Shown here piece after piece: positions 38,657 to 47,615 of a DNA stretch of 64,000 nt. Position 1 is the stretch's first letter; each line of letters opens with the position of its first letter. A program made the translations under genes and the position numbers. The DNA is taken from NCBI GenBank assembly GCA_963660925.1, contig CAVKZS010000001.1, positions 30,046 through 94,045 on the forward strand, given 5' to 3'. The notes under the pieces were generated by a model. That model had not been told where the DNA came from. It did not search any database and saw only the letters and a program-made list of their open reading frames with translations. This DNA comes from Eubacterium sp. CAG:38. GTDB lineage: Bacteria; Bacillota; Clostridia; Oscillospirales; Ruminococcaceae.

Positions 38657-39247
38657 TCATGCCTTGCGGCTGGCGCGGCCTTTGCCGGCGTTGTTCAGCT
38701 TGCGGACCAGATCGTTCTGGTGCTTGCGCTGGGAGGGTGTCGGCTCGGCATCCCGCTTTTCCTCGCCGCGGGCCGAAGTCTGCTGCGCATTGGCATCCAC
38801 CCGAACCAGATTCCATTCCTGATTGCCGCCGGCGACGTAGTTCCAGATCTGGGCCTGTGCGCCGTTGGAGGTGTTCATCCCCACGAGGTCGATGTACTTG
38901 TCGGCCAGCACATTCCGGATGCGGGTGCGCCCGCTGCGGGTCGGCTCCAAGGCCCAGCACTGGCTCAGGCCGCTGGTACGGCCCCACTGATGGAGCCAAG
39001 TGCCCTCCATCACGCCGCCGAGGGCGAGGTCGATCATCTTGCCGGTAAACCGGTTCTGGATCCGCCAGCGTCCGTCACCCGCGTCCACAAACTTCCACTG
39101 CTGCCACGGATGGCCCGCATAATCCCACAGGCGGATCGCAGCACCGTTCTCAGTGTTGAAGTTCTTGACCTCCAGCACCTTCCCGTTGGGAGCTTTGATG
39201 AGGTAAAATTCGTCTTCGAGTATTAAAACCTGCGATGTTTTCGCCAT
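38657..39247 (-). CDS. Ricin-type beta-trefoil lectin domain protein without signal peptide
   Basis: Three QxW repeats (QQWKF, QCWAL, QEWNL), each preceded by a K-x-[LI]-[DE] segment. AAGGAG SD. Confidence 0.85.
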   Translation of the reverse strand: MAKTSQVLILEDEFYLIKAPNGKVLEVKNFNTENGAAIRLWDYAGHPWQQWKFVDAGDGRWRIQNRFTGKMIDLALGGVMEGTWLHQWGRTSGLSQCWALEPTRSGRTRIRNVLADKYIDLVGMNTSNGAQAQIWNYVAGGNQEWNLVRVDANAQQTSARGEEKRDAEPTPSQRKHQNDLVRKLNNAGKGRASRKA

Positions 39248-39733
39248 AGCTGCGATCTCCTTTCCGATTTGGTGGTTCTATTATAGCTTATTTTGAAAGC
39301 GGCAACAAGGATAGTTTTCCATAATCTTTTTTCGTTTTCTTGTGCAGTTTGTTCGTCCCACGTTCTACTGCCAAAATCCGACCTTCAAAACAGGGCTTTT
39401 GCCGGCCCAAAAAGGGCGATTTTTCCGGTTTAAAAAGCAAGAACTTTTGGCCCGTTTTCTTTAAAAGTATAACTTTCAGACCCCACCCGAAACAGGCCGT
39501 TTCCGCCGCCCGGACCGGCCCGCTGCCCCTGCACAAAACGCGCTGTTTTCGCTTTGGAAACACTTTGTCTTTCTATGACCGGCTTTTGGCCAAATTGTGA
39601 ACATTCTGTGCGCGGCAGGCGGTCAGGTCCGCTGTCGCTTCACCTTGATAAAGTAAAGCAGTTTTTGCCACTTCACTTTTGTGAATTTACCATTTTTCAG
39701 AGAACGCTTTCATTTGTTTCACGTTTTCGGGTA

Positions 39734-39762
39734 TTGACTTTATCTCCGGGATGCGGTATAGT
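39734..39762 (+). promoter_or_regulatory. SigA promoter of the small membrane protein
   Basis: TTGACT-17 bp-TATAGT. Confidence 0.75.
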
Positions 39763-39853
39763 ATGGTTGCAGGGAGCGGTGAGTTCCCACGAAAACATTG
39801 AACTTCAGGTTCCGGTCCGCCGGGCCTGCGAGAAAAATATAGGAGGTTTGATT

Positions 39854-40036
39854 ATGTACTATTACATTCTGGGTTGTGGCATTGCTTGTGTGGTTCTGTT
39901 CGGCATCAGCAGCATGGAATCGGTATGCGTCAAGCCGGCCGAGATTCTGGCAAAGGTCGTTCTGTGGCCTGTTGCCCTGATGGAAGCAGTTGTTCGTTAC
40001 AGCTCCACTCATCACAACTTCAAGGCTGCGCTGTAA
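39854..40036 (+). CDS. 60-aa small hydrophobic protein
   Basis: AGGAGGT SD; MYYYILGCGIACVVLFGISS...LWPVALMEAVVRY; has its own promoter and terminator. Confidence 0.8.
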   Translation: MYYYILGCGIACVVLFGISSMESVCVKPAEILAKVVLWPVALMEAVVRYSSTHHNFKAAL

Positions 40037-40067
40037 GCACACACGCTTCGTGATCTGAAACGACAAC

Positions 40068-40112
40068 GAGGCCGCGGCACTCAACGAAACGAGTGCCGCG
40101 GCCTTTTTGTTT
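40068..40112 (+). terminator. Intrinsic terminator
   Basis: AGGCCGCGGCACTC / GAGTGCCGCGGCCT followed by a T run. Confidence 0.88.
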
Positions 40113-40198
40113 TGCACTCCGGGCGGGATTATGATATGATAAGGGCAGAATCCCCCGCCAAACCGCAAAAAACAGTTTTGAGAAAAGACAGGAGCACT

Positions 40199-40690
40199 AT
40201 GAAACCCGATTATAAACTGGTCGCAAAGGCTAAATACATCCACATGACCGCCGACCTTGCCAGCGAGCTCTGGCACGAGGTCTACAAACGCTATTATCCG
40301 GCAAAGCAGCTCGACACGCTGGTGGACACCCTGCAGAGCGCGGACGCCATCGAGGAGGACATCGACAATGATGTGAACTACTTCCTCGTCTTCCTCGGGG
40401 ACAAGCTGATCGGCTATTTCGCATGGAAGATGGAGAACACCGCCCTCCACCTGATCCACCTCTACCTCAAGCCCGAATACCGGGGCAAGGCACTGGGCCG
40501 GGACATCGTGTCCACCTGCGAGCGTCTGGCCCGGGGCGAGGGCCGGGGCCGCGTCTACTGCGAAGTCCACAACAAGGCCCTGCCTGTGATGCAGTTCTTC
40601 AAAGCGCGGGGCTACCGCCCCCTCCGCCCGGGCGAAAATGTCGTGGCCGGCATCGAACTGCAGCAGACCATTCTCGAGCGGATGCTGTAA
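40199..40690 (+). CDS. GNAT-family acetyltransferase
   Basis: LYLKPEYRGKALG motif A; FFKARGY. Confidence 0.85.
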   Translation: MKPDYKLVAKAKYIHMTADLASELWHEVYKRYYPAKQLDTLVDTLQSADAIEEDIDNDVNYFLVFLGDKLIGYFAWKMENTALHLIHLYLKPEYRGKALGRDIVSTCERLARGEGRGRVYCEVHNKALPVMQFFKARGYRPLRPGENVVAGIELQQTILERML

Positions 40691-40699
40691 AATTCCCCA

Positions 40700-40739
40700 T
40701 TGCATTTTCCCGGCGAATGTACTACACTAAAGTAGTGTA
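40700..40739 (+). promoter_or_regulatory. SigA promoter with overlapping inverted-repeat operator
   Basis: TTGCAT-17 bp-TACACT. TACACTA-AAG-TAGTGTA palindrome at 40723-40739 covers the -10. Confidence 0.65.
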
Positions 40740-40793
40740 TTGAAGTGCCCGCTGCGGGCCGCACCTACGCCAAAAACGGGGAGGAAAAGCGAT

Positions 40794-41093
40794 ATGGCAA
40801 AAGACCACCCGACCGGAGAATCCGGTCTGTATGCCGCGCTTCTGGAGCTGAAAACGCCGGAGGAGTGCTACCGTTTCCTGCAGGACGTTTGCAGTTACGC
40901 CGAGCTGAGCGCAATGGAGCAGCGTTACAACATCGCCGAAAAGCTGGTGAGCAAGCAGAGCTACACCAGCATCATGGGCAACATTGGCGCATCCAGTGCC
41001 ATCATCAGCCGGGTCAGCCGGGTGATCGGCCGGGAGGACAGCGTCCTCCGCCGGATCCTCGAAGAAAAAGAAGGAGGCTCTTCCAATGAGTAA
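40794..41093 (+). CDS. YerC/YecD-family TrpR-like regulator
   Basis: LKTPEECYRFLQDVCSYAEL...QR and GASSAIISRVSR motifs. Confidence 0.85.
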   Translation: MAKDHPTGESGLYAALLELKTPEECYRFLQDVCSYAELSAMEQRYNIAEKLVSKQSYTSIMGNIGASSAIISRVSRVIGREDSVLRRILEEKEGGSSNE

Positions 41094-41637
41094 GGCAGTT
41101 GTATTTTTCGCCGACGGCACCGAGGAGTGCGAGGCTCTGCTGGTGGTCGATCTGCTCCGCCGCGCCAAGGTCGAGGTCATCGTGGCCTCCGCCATGGGCC
41201 GCAAAGAGGTCGTCAGCAGCCATAAGGTCCACCTGACCACCGACGCTGTGGCCGAAGAAGTCGATTACTCCGACGTGGATATGGTCGTTCTGCCGGGCGG
41301 CATCCCGGGCACGCCCAACCTCGCCGCCAACAAGACCGTCACCGATACCTGCGTGTCCTTTGCCAAGGCCGGCAAGAAGGTGGCCGCCATCTGCGCCGCT
41401 CCCAGCATCCTCGCCAACCTCGGCCTGCTGGAATGCAGGAACGCCACCTCTTATTCCAGCTTTCAGGATAAGCTGGCCGGTGCCATCGTCCACGATCAGG
41501 AAGTGGTCGTCGATGGCAACATCACCACCAGCTATGGCCTCGGCGGTGCCATCCCCTTCGGCCTCGAGCTGGTGCGCCAGCTCGTCAGCCCCGAAGAGGC
41601 TGACCGCATCCAGAACGCCATCGCCTATCGGCATTAA
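41086..41637 (+). CDS. DJ-1/PfpI (YajL/ThiJ-like) protein
   Basis: DGTEECE, VLPGG and AAICAAP motifs. Confidence 0.92.
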   Translation: MSKAVVFFADGTEECEALLVVDLLRRAKVEVIVASAMGRKEVVSSHKVHLTTDAVAEEVDYSDVDMVVLPGGIPGTPNLAANKTVTDTCVSFAKAGKKVAAICAAPSILANLGLLECRNATSYSSFQDKLAGAIVHDQEVVVDGNITTSYGLGGAIPFGLELVRQLVSPEEADRIQNAIAYRH

Positions 41638-41655
41638 GAACGGAGGCCTTTCTCT

Positions 41656-42540
41656 ATGCGCTTTATCACCTGCCGTTTACCGGACGGGATCGAAGACCCG
41701 GCCATTTTGTCACCGGACGGGAAACAGGTCTGGCCGCTGAGCTGGCTGGGCTTATCTTACGAAACACTGAACGACGCGATCCCCTTTCTGACCCCGCAGG
41801 TGCGGGCCGGGCTGTCGCTGGCCATCGCGGGCATTCCTGCCCTGCCGATCGAGTCCGTGACTCTCGAAAGCCCCATCCCCGCACCGGCGCAGGATGTCAT
41901 CTGCCTCGGCATCAACTACATGGCCCACTCGGACGAGGCGGAGAAGTATTCCGCCGATGCTTTTGCGACCCAGCATCAGGATGCGATCTACTTCTCGAAG
42001 CGGGTCACCCGGGCTGTCCCGGACGGCGGCTGCATCGAGGCCCACACCGATCTTGTAAAGAAGCTCGATTATGAGTGCGAGCTGGCCGTCGTGCTGGGCA
42101 AGGACGCGAAAGATGTCCCGGACGGACAGACGAAGGATTACGTCTTCGGCTACACCATCCTCAACGACGTCTCGGCACGGGACGTCCAGACCGCCCACAA
42201 GCAGTGGTATTTCGGCAAGAGTCTCGATGGGTTTACCCCCATCGGCCCCTGCATCGTCACGGCGGACGAGTTTTCCGACTACCCGCCCAGACTCGGCATC
42301 CGCAGCTTTGTCAATGGCGAAAAACGGCAGGACTCCAACACGTCCTTGCAGATCTTCGACATTGACCATGTGATCGCGGAGCTGTCGCAGGGCATGACCC
42401 TGAAAGCGGGCACCATCATCGCCACCGGCACCCCGGCCGGCGTCGGGATGGGGATGGACCCGCCGCAGTTCCTTGTGCCGGGCGATGAAGTCCGGTGCGA
42501 GATCGACGGCATCGGTTCACTGACCAATAAAGTGAAGTAA
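41656..42540 (+). CDS. Fumarylacetoacetate hydrolase family protein
   Basis: CLGINY, DYECEL, NDVSARD, GKS and ATGTPAGVG motifs. Confidence 0.92.
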   Translation: MRFITCRLPDGIEDPAILSPDGKQVWPLSWLGLSYETLNDAIPFLTPQVRAGLSLAIAGIPALPIESVTLESPIPAPAQDVICLGINYMAHSDEAEKYSADAFATQHQDAIYFSKRVTRAVPDGGCIEAHTDLVKKLDYECELAVVLGKDAKDVPDGQTKDYVFGYTILNDVSARDVQTAHKQWYFGKSLDGFTPIGPCIVTADEFSDYPPRLGIRSFVNGEKRQDSNTSLQIFDIDHVIAELSQGMTLKAGTIIATGTPAGVGMGMDPPQFLVPGDEVRCEIDGIGSLTNKVK

Positions 42541-42582
42541 AAATTGAGGACATCCGGCGAACGCTGGATGTCCTCAATTTTT
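42541..42582. terminator. Bidirectional terminator
   Basis: AAATTGAGGACATCC / GGATGTCCTCAATTT. Confidence 0.88.
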
Positions 42583-42588
42583 ATAGAA

Positions 42589-43677
42589 TCAGATTTTCTT
42601 GACCGTCAGTTCATGAGGATAGTGATTCAGCACCTCGCAGCCATCCTCGGTGACCCGTACCAGATCCTCGATCCGGACGCCGAATTTGCCCGGCAGGTAG
42701 ATGCCCGGCTCGATGGAGAAGCACATTCCCGGCGTGACGACATTCTCGTTGACCGCCGACACATCTCCGGCCTCGTGATCCTCCAAGCCGATGAAGTGGC
42801 CGAGGCGGTGGTTGAAGTAGGGGCCGTAGCCTGCCTCGGTGATGATATCCCGGGCTGCGGCGTCGATGTCGCAGAGCCGGACGCCCGGCTTGACCAGAGC
42901 TTCGGCGGCGGCCTGCGCCTGCCGCACCAGCTCGTAGACCTTCCGCTCTTCCTCGGTGGGTTCCGCGGTGAAGAAGGTGCGGGTCATATCGGAGCAGTAG
43001 TCCTGATACACACCGCCTACGTCGATCAGGACGCACTGGCCGGCGGTCAGCTGGGTATCGTCGTTGCCGTGGTGCGGGTCGGCGGCATGAGCACCGAAAC
43101 CGCAGATCGGCTCGAAGCTGACCCCGGAGCAGCCGTGGGCCGCATAGATGGTCTTGATCTCCTCGGCCATCTGCTTTTCGGTGACTCCCGGGCGGATGAG
43201 GCCGGCGAACTCGGCCATGCAGTCGTCGTTCACCTTGGAGGACGCGCGCATGGCAGCCTGCTCTGCCGCATCCTTGACAGCGCGGGCGTCGTCGCAGGCG
43301 GCGGAAGCGTTCTGGTAGGCGGGCGCGGCGTTCAGCTCCATCAGGCGGAGCAGGAACCGGGCCGGCCAGTTCTTGTCGATGCCAAGCGGCTTGTCCTTGT
43401 CCAGCCACGGCAGCAGCTTTGCCGGGGCGTCCTCGCCGTCCAGATAGTTCTCCACCGGGATGCCGGCATCCGGCGTGCCGAACAGCGCGTTGACGAACAT
43501 CCGGTGCCCGCCGTCGGCTTTCAGCAGCAGGGCCAGCATCCGCTCGCCCGGGTGGAAGATCCGCACGCCCGTCAGATAAAAGATGGTGGGCGGGTCGCTG
43601 ACCACCATCTGGGTCAGACCCATCGCCGCCAGATTTTTGGTGACACGCTCGAACCGTTGTGCATGGATTTCGTTCAT
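42589..43677 (-). CDS. Xaa-Pro peptidase (M24 family)
   Basis: YCSDMTRT, HRLGHFIGLEDHE, SIEPGIY and GVRIED motifs. Confidence 0.93.
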   Translation of the reverse strand: MNEIHAQRFERVTKNLAAMGLTQMVVSDPPTIFYLTGVRIFHPGERMLALLLKADGGHRMFVNALFGTPDAGIPVENYLDGEDAPAKLLPWLDKDKPLGIDKNWPARFLLRLMELNAAPAYQNASAACDDARAVKDAAEQAAMRASSKVNDDCMAEFAGLIRPGVTEKQMAEEIKTIYAAHGCSGVSFEPICGFGAHAADPHHGNDDTQLTAGQCVLIDVGGVYQDYCSDMTRTFFTAEPTEEERKVYELVRQAQAAAEALVKPGVRLCDIDAAARDIITEAGYGPYFNHRLGHFIGLEDHEAGDVSAVNENVVTPGMCFSIEPGIYLPGKFGVRIEDLVRVTEDGCEVLNHYPHELTVKKI

Positions 43678-43750
43678 AACAGTCTCCCTCTCTGTAATTT
43701 ATTTGATTCAATTTGCGTTTTGTATAGAAAACAGCCTCGTTCGCCTGCCC

Positions 43751-43778
43751 ATTCACAAACAATTCATAATAAATTCAT
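43751..43778. promoter_or_regulatory. Three ATTCAY direct repeats at 11-bp spacing (candidate OmpR-family site)
   Basis: ATTCAC at 43751, ATTCAT at 43762 and ATTCAT at 43773. Confidence 0.55.
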
Positions 43779-43988
43779 ATACCGTCTATTTTTCTCCGGT
43801 ATATGTATGGCATCACAAGCGCAGCGGAAGCTGTTTTCGCGTCCAGTATAGCACGACCGGCGGAAAAAATGAATCTCTGATTCTCTTCTCTGGAAATACG
43901 GAACGGAATCTGCTATACTGGAACCAACGGATCTGCATGGTCAACGCTGTGCAGCCACCGCACAGCTGAGGAAAGGAATTGAATCGTT

Positions 43989-44516
43989 ATGAAAATTGGT
44001 TTTTGGGAACTCGTGGTGATCGTCATCGTGGCGTTCGTCTTCATCGGCCCCGACCAGCTGCCCGTCTACGCCAAGAAACTGGGCAAGATGCTCCGTGAGC
44101 TGAAGAAGTACACCGGTGCTGCTTCCGAAGAGATCCAGAAAAACGTGGTCGAACCGCTGAACGAAATCCAAGCCCCCCTCAAGGAGGCCGTTGCCCCCCT
44201 GACGGACATCAAAAAGGACATCGACAACAGCGTGAAGGACGTGACCAAGAGCTTCACCGGCATCGGCAAGACCAGCAAGGAAGAGGCTGCCAAGGCGGAG
44301 GAAGCCGAGGAAGTGACCGATCTGACGGAGGAGTCCGTCGAGGAGCTACCCGAGCAGGATGCCCCTGCTGCGGAAACTGCAGCCCCGGCTGAGACCACCG
44401 AGACCGCCGCAGAAAAAGCGGCCGAGCCGGTGGAAGAGCTGCCCGAAGCAGCCCCCGCGGAGGCCGCCGCCGAAGAGCCTGCCGAAGCCGCTCCTGCCGA
44501 GGAAGCCAAGGTCTGA
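43989..44516 (+). CDS. tatB: Twin-arginine translocase TatB-like subunit
   Basis: MKIGFWELVVIVIVAFVFIGPDQLP, amphipathic helix and long acidic tail; IGP rather than the TatA FG. Confidence 0.75.
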   Translation: MKIGFWELVVIVIVAFVFIGPDQLPVYAKKLGKMLRELKKYTGAASEEIQKNVVEPLNEIQAPLKEAVAPLTDIKKDIDNSVKDVTKSFTGIGKTSKEEAAKAEEAEEVTDLTEESVEELPEQDAPAAETAAPAETTETAAEKAAEPVEELPEAAPAEAAAEEPAEAAPAEEAKV

Positions 44517-44617
44517 TCTTCCCTTATGAATGCACCCGCGCCTGCGGTTGTAGGATACATTTCTGGTAAATACGCCCGCCTTGCGGCGCGGCAAATGTAA
44601 AAAAGGAGATTTTTATT

Positions 44618-44818
44618 ATGCGTATTGGTACAAACGAGCTGCTTATCATTCTGGTCGTTGCTCTGCTGATCTTTGGACCCAAGAACCTGCCGAAGCTGGG
44701 CAAGATGTTCGGCAAGACCATCAACGGCTTCAAGAAGGGCATGGAGGACACGGAGGATTCTGAGGATTCCGGTGACGAAGTGAAGAAGGCTGCCAAGAAG
44801 GACGAAGACGAGGAGTAA
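44618..44818 (+). CDS. tatA: Twin-arginine translocase TatA
   Basis: ELLIILVVALLIFGPKNLPKLG...GFKKG. Confidence 0.92.
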   Translation: MRIGTNELLIILVVALLIFGPKNLPKLGKMFGKTINGFKKGMEDTEDSEDSGDEVKKAAKKDEDEE

Positions 44819-44820
44819 TT

Positions 44821-45627
44821 GTGGCTACAAACGTAAAGCGCAAAAAGAAAGCCGAAGTCATGTCCGATGACGGCAGCATGACGCTGACCGGCCATCTGAA
44901 GGAGCTGCGGAACAGGCTGATCATCTGCGCGGCGGTGTTTGTGGTCGCGGTCGTCATCACCCTGATGTATGCCGACCGCCTCATCGACCTGCTGACGGCA
45001 ATGGGGCAGGGGTACTACACCTTCGTCTCCATCGCCCCGCAGGAAAAGCTGATGCAGTATTTCCGGGTCTCCCTGCTGGCAGCCTTTGTCATCACGATCC
45101 CGGTCGCCCTGTATCAGATCTACGCCTTCGCAAAGCCCGGCCTGAAAAAGAGCGAGACCTTTTTTCTGAAACTGGTCATCCTGCTGGGTCTGCTCCTGTT
45201 CTGCGTCGGCGTGCTCTTCGCCTACAAGCTGATGATGCCCTTCATGCTCCGCTTTTTGAGCACCGGCATTGAGGGTGCGGATTACATCCAGACCACCACC
45301 AGCATCGAGAGCTATGTCAACCTCTGCCTGACCATGTTCATGATCTTTGGCTGTGTGTTCGAGATGCCTCTGGTCACCATCATCCTGTCCAAAATGGGTC
45401 TGATCTATCCCGAACTGCTGAAGAAGGTTCGCGGCGTCGCCATCGTGCTGATCTTCTTCATCGCAGCCGTGGTCACCCCGCCGGACATCGTGTCGCAGTG
45501 CATGGTGGCCTTCCCCATGGTGCTGCTGTACTTCATCAGTACCTTCCTCAGCGGTATTTTCTACAAGCCGAAGTCGGACGATGACGACGACGAGGACGAA
45601 GAAGAGGACGACTCTGACGAAGAGTAA
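44821..45627 (+). CDS. tatC: Twin-arginine translocase TatC
   Basis: HLKELRNRL, FAKPGL, FEMPL and VTPPD motifs. Start is GTG 44821 or a downstream ATG. Confidence 0.93.
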   Translation: MATNVKRKKKAEVMSDDGSMTLTGHLKELRNRLIICAAVFVVAVVITLMYADRLIDLLTAMGQGYYTFVSIAPQEKLMQYFRVSLLAAFVITIPVALYQIYAFAKPGLKKSETFFLKLVILLGLLLFCVGVLFAYKLMMPFMLRFLSTGIEGADYIQTTTSIESYVNLCLTMFMIFGCVFEMPLVTIILSKMGLIYPELLKKVRGVAIVLIFFIAAVVTPPDIVSQCMVAFPMVLLYFISTFLSGIFYKPKSDDDDDEDEEEDDSDEE

Positions 45628-45654
45628 GCGTTTCTTCCGGCATTTTCAATTTTT

Positions 45655-45684
45655 GCTCCCCTGTGTCCGCAGGGGAGTTTTTTG
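45655..45684 (+). terminator. Intrinsic terminator of the tat genes
   Basis: CTCCCCTG / CAGGGGAG followed by a T run. Confidence 0.8.
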
Positions 45685-45822
45685 TTGTCCAAATTTCCCG
45701 GCTGATTTTCGGCCTTTTGCACAAAGTGCATTTCGTCCCCTGCTCTTTTTGCTTTGAGTATGTTATACTGTTGTCAAACACAAACCGGCGGGCATCCGCC
45801 GCGAAGAAGGGGTAAATGAACT

Positions 45823-46773
45823 ATGAAAGAATACGCATTCGGCATTGATCTGGGCGGCACCACCGCCAAGGTCGGCCTGTTCACCACCACCGGCGACCTG
45901 CTGGAAAAATGGGAAGTTCCCACCGACACTTCCAATGCCGGCGAGCACATCCTTGAAAACCTCGCCGCTGCCATCCGCGGCAAGATGGACGAGAAGCACC
46001 TGACCGCCGAGCAGGTCGAGGGCATCGGCATCGGCGTGCCCGGCCCGATCCTCGACTCCCGCATCGTACCCATCGTCTGCGCCAACCTCGGCGGCTGGGG
46101 CAAGCGGAACGTCTCGGAGGAGCTGGGTGCCCTGCTGGGCGGCATGAAGGTTCTGGTCGGCAACGACGCGAACGTAGCCGCACTGGGCGAGATCTGGATG
46201 GGTGCTGCCAAGGGCTGCCGGAGTGCCGTCATGGTCACGCTGGGTACCGGTGTCGGCGGCGGCGTCATCGTTGATGGCAAGGTTATCGACGGTGCGCACG
46301 GTGCAGGCGGCGAGATCGGTCATATCACGGTCAACCGTCACGAAACGGCCACATGCGGCTGCGGCAAGCACGGCTGTCTGGAGCAGTATTCCAGCGCGAC
46401 CGGCGTCGTCCGCTGCATGAAGAAGCTGCTGGACGAGAACCCCGACACCCCCTGCACCCTGCGCGGCACCGACTTTGCCGCCAAGGACGTCTTTGATGCC
46501 GCCCGCAATGGCGACGCCCTCGCTGCCCGCGAAGTGGATGAAATGACCGACACCCTCGGCATGGCACTGGCTACCATTGCCGCCACCACCGACCCCGAGA
46601 TGTTCATGATCGGCGGCGGCGTTGCCCGCGCCGGCGACGTGCTGTTCGATCCCCTCAAGGCGCACTATAAGACCTACGCCTTCTCCTCCTGCCGCGAGAC
46701 TCCCATCAAGCAGGCCATCCTCGGCAATGACGCCGGCATCTATGGTGCCGTGCGGCTCATTGTGGGGGAGTAA
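45823..46773 (+). CDS. ROK-family glucokinase
   Basis: GIDLGGT, NDANVAALGE, TLGTGVGGG, GEIGH and CGCGKHGCLE motifs. Confidence 0.92.
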   Translation: MKEYAFGIDLGGTTAKVGLFTTTGDLLEKWEVPTDTSNAGEHILENLAAAIRGKMDEKHLTAEQVEGIGIGVPGPILDSRIVPIVCANLGGWGKRNVSEELGALLGGMKVLVGNDANVAALGEIWMGAAKGCRSAVMVTLGTGVGGGVIVDGKVIDGAHGAGGEIGHITVNRHETATCGCGKHGCLEQYSSATGVVRCMKKLLDENPDTPCTLRGTDFAAKDVFDAARNGDALAAREVDEMTDTLGMALATIAATTDPEMFMIGGGVARAGDVLFDPLKAHYKTYAFSSCRETPIKQAILGNDAGIYGAVRLIVGE

Positions 46774-46849
46774 CAGAAACTCCTCAGCGACATTGGGCAT
46801 CTGTTGTTCAATGTCTCTTTTCTTATTCAAGTAAACGGATTAAGAATTG

Positions 46850-47419
46850 ATGTTCGATTACAAGAAATATTTTGACATCTATTGTCATGAAAATCGGCTT
46901 GCCTTACATTTGTCTTTTGAAATGCCTTCCGGATACGAAGCCGCAAATGGAACATTTGATGTAGCAAGCAAAACCATTTTTATCAATGAAAGGCTTTTAG
47001 ACAAATCCTCTGATTACAAAAAGGCATTTTTTCTCTTTCATGAGCTGCGTCATGCTTCGCAGTATCTCTTTCTCAATCAATTCAGCGATGCGATCAAGCG
47101 AAGTACTCAGTATATCATCATGTACGATAGAACTTGTTACAAGCTGGTAAATGGTGATTATCTGAAATGCAGATTAACCGGCGATGAAACATATCTTACG
47201 AATTTGTACCTTGGTCAGCCGCATGAAGTCGATGCAAACCGATTTGCCTATGAACAGACCAAAAAGATTTACGGAGATTCTGCTGAATTGAAGGAACTGT
47301 TTCATTTTTGGATGCCTCGTCAGGCAATTTCGGATAAAATCTACGATGATGTGTTTTCTTCCATCGACAAACTCACAAAAACTGCTTTTTCTGAATCTGA
47401 GGTGAAGAACGATGAATGA
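46850..47419 (+). CDS. AT-rich hypothetical protein with HExxH zinc-metallopeptidase-like motif
   Basis: FHELRHASQ and a downstream HEVDANRFA; AT-rich codon usage; weak SD. Confidence 0.7.
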   Translation: MFDYKKYFDIYCHENRLALHLSFEMPSGYEAANGTFDVASKTIFINERLLDKSSDYKKAFFLFHELRHASQYLFLNQFSDAIKRSTQYIIMYDRTCYKLVNGDYLKCRLTGDETYLTNLYLGQPHEVDANRFAYEQTKKIYGDSAELKELFHFWMPRQAISDKIYDDVFSSIDKLTKTAFSESEVKNDE

Positions 47420-47597
47420 ACCGATGGAGCAGAACTGGGTCTCCCCGCTGACGCAGGAAGATCGCGACTATTTTGCGTATTTCCGTACAGTCTGCAAACG
47501 TTACAACATCGTTCCTTCTAAGGCGGCCCGCTTGGAATACGAATTTGTCACCCGCGTTGCAGAGAGCGAATTTTATCTGCAAAAAGCTGCAACTTGA
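47412..47597 (+). CDS. 61-aa hypothetical protein
   Basis: GAGGTG SD; fills the gap between two same-strand genes. Confidence 0.7.
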   Translation: MNEPMEQNWVSPLTQEDRDYFAYFRTVCKRYNIVPSKAARLEYEFVTRVAESEFYLQKAAT

Positions 47598-47615
47598 AAC
47601 ACAAAGGATTCTCTT

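Noticed and set aside
39586..39700. TTGTGAA half-sites as Rex boxes
   Set aside because: No matching inverted half-site at the required spacing.
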